This document shows positions 49,006 to 50,826 of a DNA stretch of 50,826 bases, piece after piece. The stretch comes from Euryarchaeota archaeon RBG_19FT_COMBO_69_17 (GTDB lineage: Archaea > Thermoplasmatota > Thermoplasmata > RBG-16-68-12), in contig MGWD01000027.1 in NCBI GenBank assembly GCA_001800825.1, forward strand, positions 13,015 through 63,840. Reading direction: 5' to 3'. A program made the translations under genes and the position numbers. Positions within the stretch are counted from its first letter, which is position 1. Every line of letters begins with the position of its first letter. The notes under the pieces were generated by a model. It saw nothing but the letters and a program-made list of their open reading frames with translations. It ran no database searches and was not told the origin of the DNA.

Positions 49006-49950
49006 ATGGCTCCGAGCGGGTCCATGGCCGTCGAGGTCGATGCGATCGCGGGGTCCGTGCCCGACCCTGCCGCGGGCGGGAAGGTCCGGGTCACTTGGTA
49101 CACGGATCCCCACAACGTCTGGTGTTGGGGCTGCGAGCCCATGATGCGCCGCCTCGAGATCGTCTATCCGGACCGCGTCGAGGTCCACCTGCGGATGGGC
49201 GGGCTGTTCGAGGACTTCTCCCCGGTCCGCGAGCAGTGGGCGCGGATGTCCGGGGGCCGGTGGACCGCCTCCGTCGAGGCGTTCTTCGATGCCGTCGCGA
49301 ACCAGCATCGCATGCCCATGGACGCGCCCCGCATGCTCGGCTCCGTGGACGACTTCGACTCGACGTGGCCCGCATGCATCGCGGCGAAGGCCGCGGAAGC
49401 CCGGGGACGCGACCCCGGCCGACAGTACCTCCGGGCCCTTCGGGAGGCGTGGTGTCTCGACGGGCGCGGGATCCATCGGCGGTCCGTCCAGATTGAGGTC
49501 GCGCGGGAGGTCGGCCTCGACACTCAGGCGTTCTCGGAGGCCCTCGGCGACGGGAGCGCGGAGCGCGCGTTCCGCGAGGACCGGGAGGTGTGCGAGCGGG
49601 AGAAGGTCACAGGCTTCCCGACGTTCGAGATCCGCCTCGGGGACGTGAAGGCCCGGATCGACGGCTGGCAGCCGTGGGAGGTCTTCGAGGACGTCCTCCG
49701 CCAGGTCGACCCCGGGATCGCGCCGAAGCCCGTCCCCGTCACGGAGGCTTCCGTCGCAGAGATCCTGCGGCGGTACGGAAGGTGCGCGACGCGAGAGGTC
49801 TCCGCGATCCTCGGGACGCCGGACGACGACGCGGAGATCCTCCTCGAGGAGCTCGAGGGGGGCGGGAAGGTCCTGCGTCACGTGGTCGGCGGGGGCATCG
49901 TCTGGGAGTCCGCCGGAGGGAGTCGCGACAGGATCGCGTCGCCGCCGTGA
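49006..49950 (+). CDS. DsbA/FrnE-like thioredoxin-fold protein (CWGC) with C-terminal winged-helix-like extension
   Basis: It has WYTDPHNVWCWGCEP (CxxC) and TGFPTF (cis-Pro loop). The C-terminal ~70 aa (SVAEILRRYGRCATREVSAILG...LEELEGGGKV) look like a wHTH. Confidence 0.7.
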   Translation: MAPSGSMAVEVDAIAGSVPDPAAGGKVRVTWYTDPHNVWCWGCEPMMRRLEIVYPDRVEVHLRMGGLFEDFSPVREQWARMSGGRWTASVEAFFDAVANQHRMPMDAPRMLGSVDDFDSTWPACIAAKAAEARGRDPGRQYLRALREAWCLDGRGIHRRSVQIEVAREVGLDTQAFSEALGDGSAERAFREDREVCEREKVTGFPTFEIRLGDVKARIDGWQPWEVFEDVLRQVDPGIAPKPVPVTEASVAEILRRYGRCATREVSAILGTPDDDAEILLEELEGGGKVLRHVVGGGIVWESAGGSRDRIASPP

Positions 49951-49957
49951 CCTGCGC

Positions 49958-50431
49958 CTAGGCGGGCCGGAGGGGCGCCTCCTGGGCTGGGACGTCCCAG
50001 GTCATTGCGAGGAAGTCCCGGAGGCCTCGAACGCGGTCCATGTCGCCGTCCCACGTCTCGAGGACGTCCGCGAAACGTTGCTCGATCTCGCGGACGAGGT
50101 CCTCCACGCGCCGCTCGAGACGGTTCGACTCGCGCCCGCTGTACAGGACGTACAAGAGGACCCACCGCCCCCTCCCGAACGTGACGTGGTGCCGCCCCCC
50201 CATTTCGATGCTCCGCACGCCCCCGACGCCGAGGTCGTGGAAGGAGTCGTCCATGAAGGTCTGGATTGCGGTGAACATGGACGCGATGAGGTCGGGGTCC
50301 TTCTCCGACGGCAGACGCCGGGAGAGGTGGACGAGGGGCGTCCCACCCGCGTACGTGAGGTAGACGTGCTCGATCTCACGGCGGAAGAGGCGCGATGGAC
50401 CGAGGTGGGCGGGACGGGAGAGGGTCGGCAT
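49958..50431 (-). CDS. soluble paralog of the cytoplasmic tail domain of the giant surface protein
   Basis: 157 aa with no TM helix. Residues 21-140 align by hand at roughly 55-60% identity with residues ~1362-1480 of ORF 39149..43696 (EHV[FY]L.Y.GG.PLVHLSR.L...KDPDL.ASMFTAIQ.FM..SFH.LGVG...SIE). Confidence 0.7.
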   Translation of the reverse strand: MPTLSRPAHLGPSRLFRREIEHVYLTYAGGTPLVHLSRRLPSEKDPDLIASMFTAIQTFMDDSFHDLGVGGVRSIEMGGRHHVTFGRGRWVLLYVLYSGRESNRLERRVEDLVREIEQRFADVLETWDGDMDRVRGLRDFLAMTWDVPAQEAPLRPA

Positions 50432-50494
50432 GGGTCTGATCCGATTCTGTCGGGGACCGGTGGCTTCGCGAGGGCCCCTCGCGGCCCTTAATCG

Positions 50495-50746
50495 TTGGCG
50501 GTTCGGTTATCCGGCGTGATAGACTCCCCGCGCCGGCGCAATCGGCGTCTTCGGGCCGAAGCCTTCTCCTCTTCCGCCTGGGAGGACGAGCGGGCCCTCA
50601 TGGCCTTCGTCCGCGCGGGGGCCCACGGCGGGTCCATGGCGGGGATGCGGGATCGTAGGGGTCCCACGAAGTCCGCCCGGTGGCGCGTCCGCGGGTCCGG
50701 GCTCCCTCTTTCCTGGGAGGACGGGCTGCGGCGGCTGCGCGAGTGA
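50495..50746 (+). CDS. possible N-terminally truncated Dabb/ABM-like (DUF3291-like) remnant
   Basis: 83-aa TTG-started ORF. SAWEDERALMAFVRAGAHGGSM resembles the C-terminal half of that fold. There is no room for the N-terminal half upstream. Confidence 0.25.
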   Translation: MAVRLSGVIDSPRRRNRRLRAEAFSSSAWEDERALMAFVRAGAHGGSMAGMRDRRGPTKSARWRVRGSGLPLSWEDGLRRLRE

Positions 50747-50826
50747 GGCGCGGGGTGAGCCACCCGCGAATTGTGCGGCCATCCGCGCTACGCGACGGAG
50801 GCGAGAGCGGCGCAGGCGCGCCGGCT

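Noticed and set aside
1-50826. Prophage, integrative element, defence island or toxin-antitoxin content.
   Set aside because: I recognised no integrase, transposase, capsid, terminase, restriction-modification, Cas or classic TA signatures in any frame. The nucleotidyltransferase at 48071-48925 looks like an aminoglycoside/KNTase-type enzyme without a HEPN or antitoxin partner.

Overview
This is a GC-rich, densely coding chromosomal segment of about 50 genes, and it is almost certainly archaeal. The evidence for that is a split GMP synthase (guaAA/guaAB), a PAC2-type proteasome assembly chaperone ending in an HbYX motif, and a Sec11-type signal peptidase. It also carries an AsnRS-like asparagine synthetase, an archaeal-type riboflavin reductase, a stand-alone Lrp/AsnC RAM-domain protein, and A/T-rich TATA-like boxes about 30 nt upstream of many start codons. 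About half the window is housekeeping: a P-type ATPase (5' truncated), rtcA, carA/carB, purE, guaAA/guaAB, ahcY, dinB and bcp. By eye I found no rRNA, tRNA, CRISPR array, transposase or integrase. High GC produces many long Arg/Pro/Gly-rich antisense ORFs, which I treat as artefacts. Four things stand out. (1) A 1515-aa, apparently cysteine-free type-I surface protein (39149-43696, minus strand) has a folded cytoplasmic tail domain with a stand-alone soluble paralog 6 kb away (49958-50431). (2) carB is interrupted by exactly 32 nt inside the invariant GQAAEF|DYSG motif, with matched TTC codons, an in-frame TGA and a GC hairpin. (3) Three phytoene-desaturase-related (PYROXD2-like) flavoproteins surround a GcvT-like aminomethyltransferase, flanked by a MoaD-like/BNR-propeller gene pair, a tandem SRPBCC protein and saccharopine-dehydrogenase-family genes. 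(4) The palindrome TTTCGG-N4-CCGAAA recurs in the promoters of two oxygen-related genes. All family assignments come from motif recognition by eye. None has been checked with an HMM or BLAST search.
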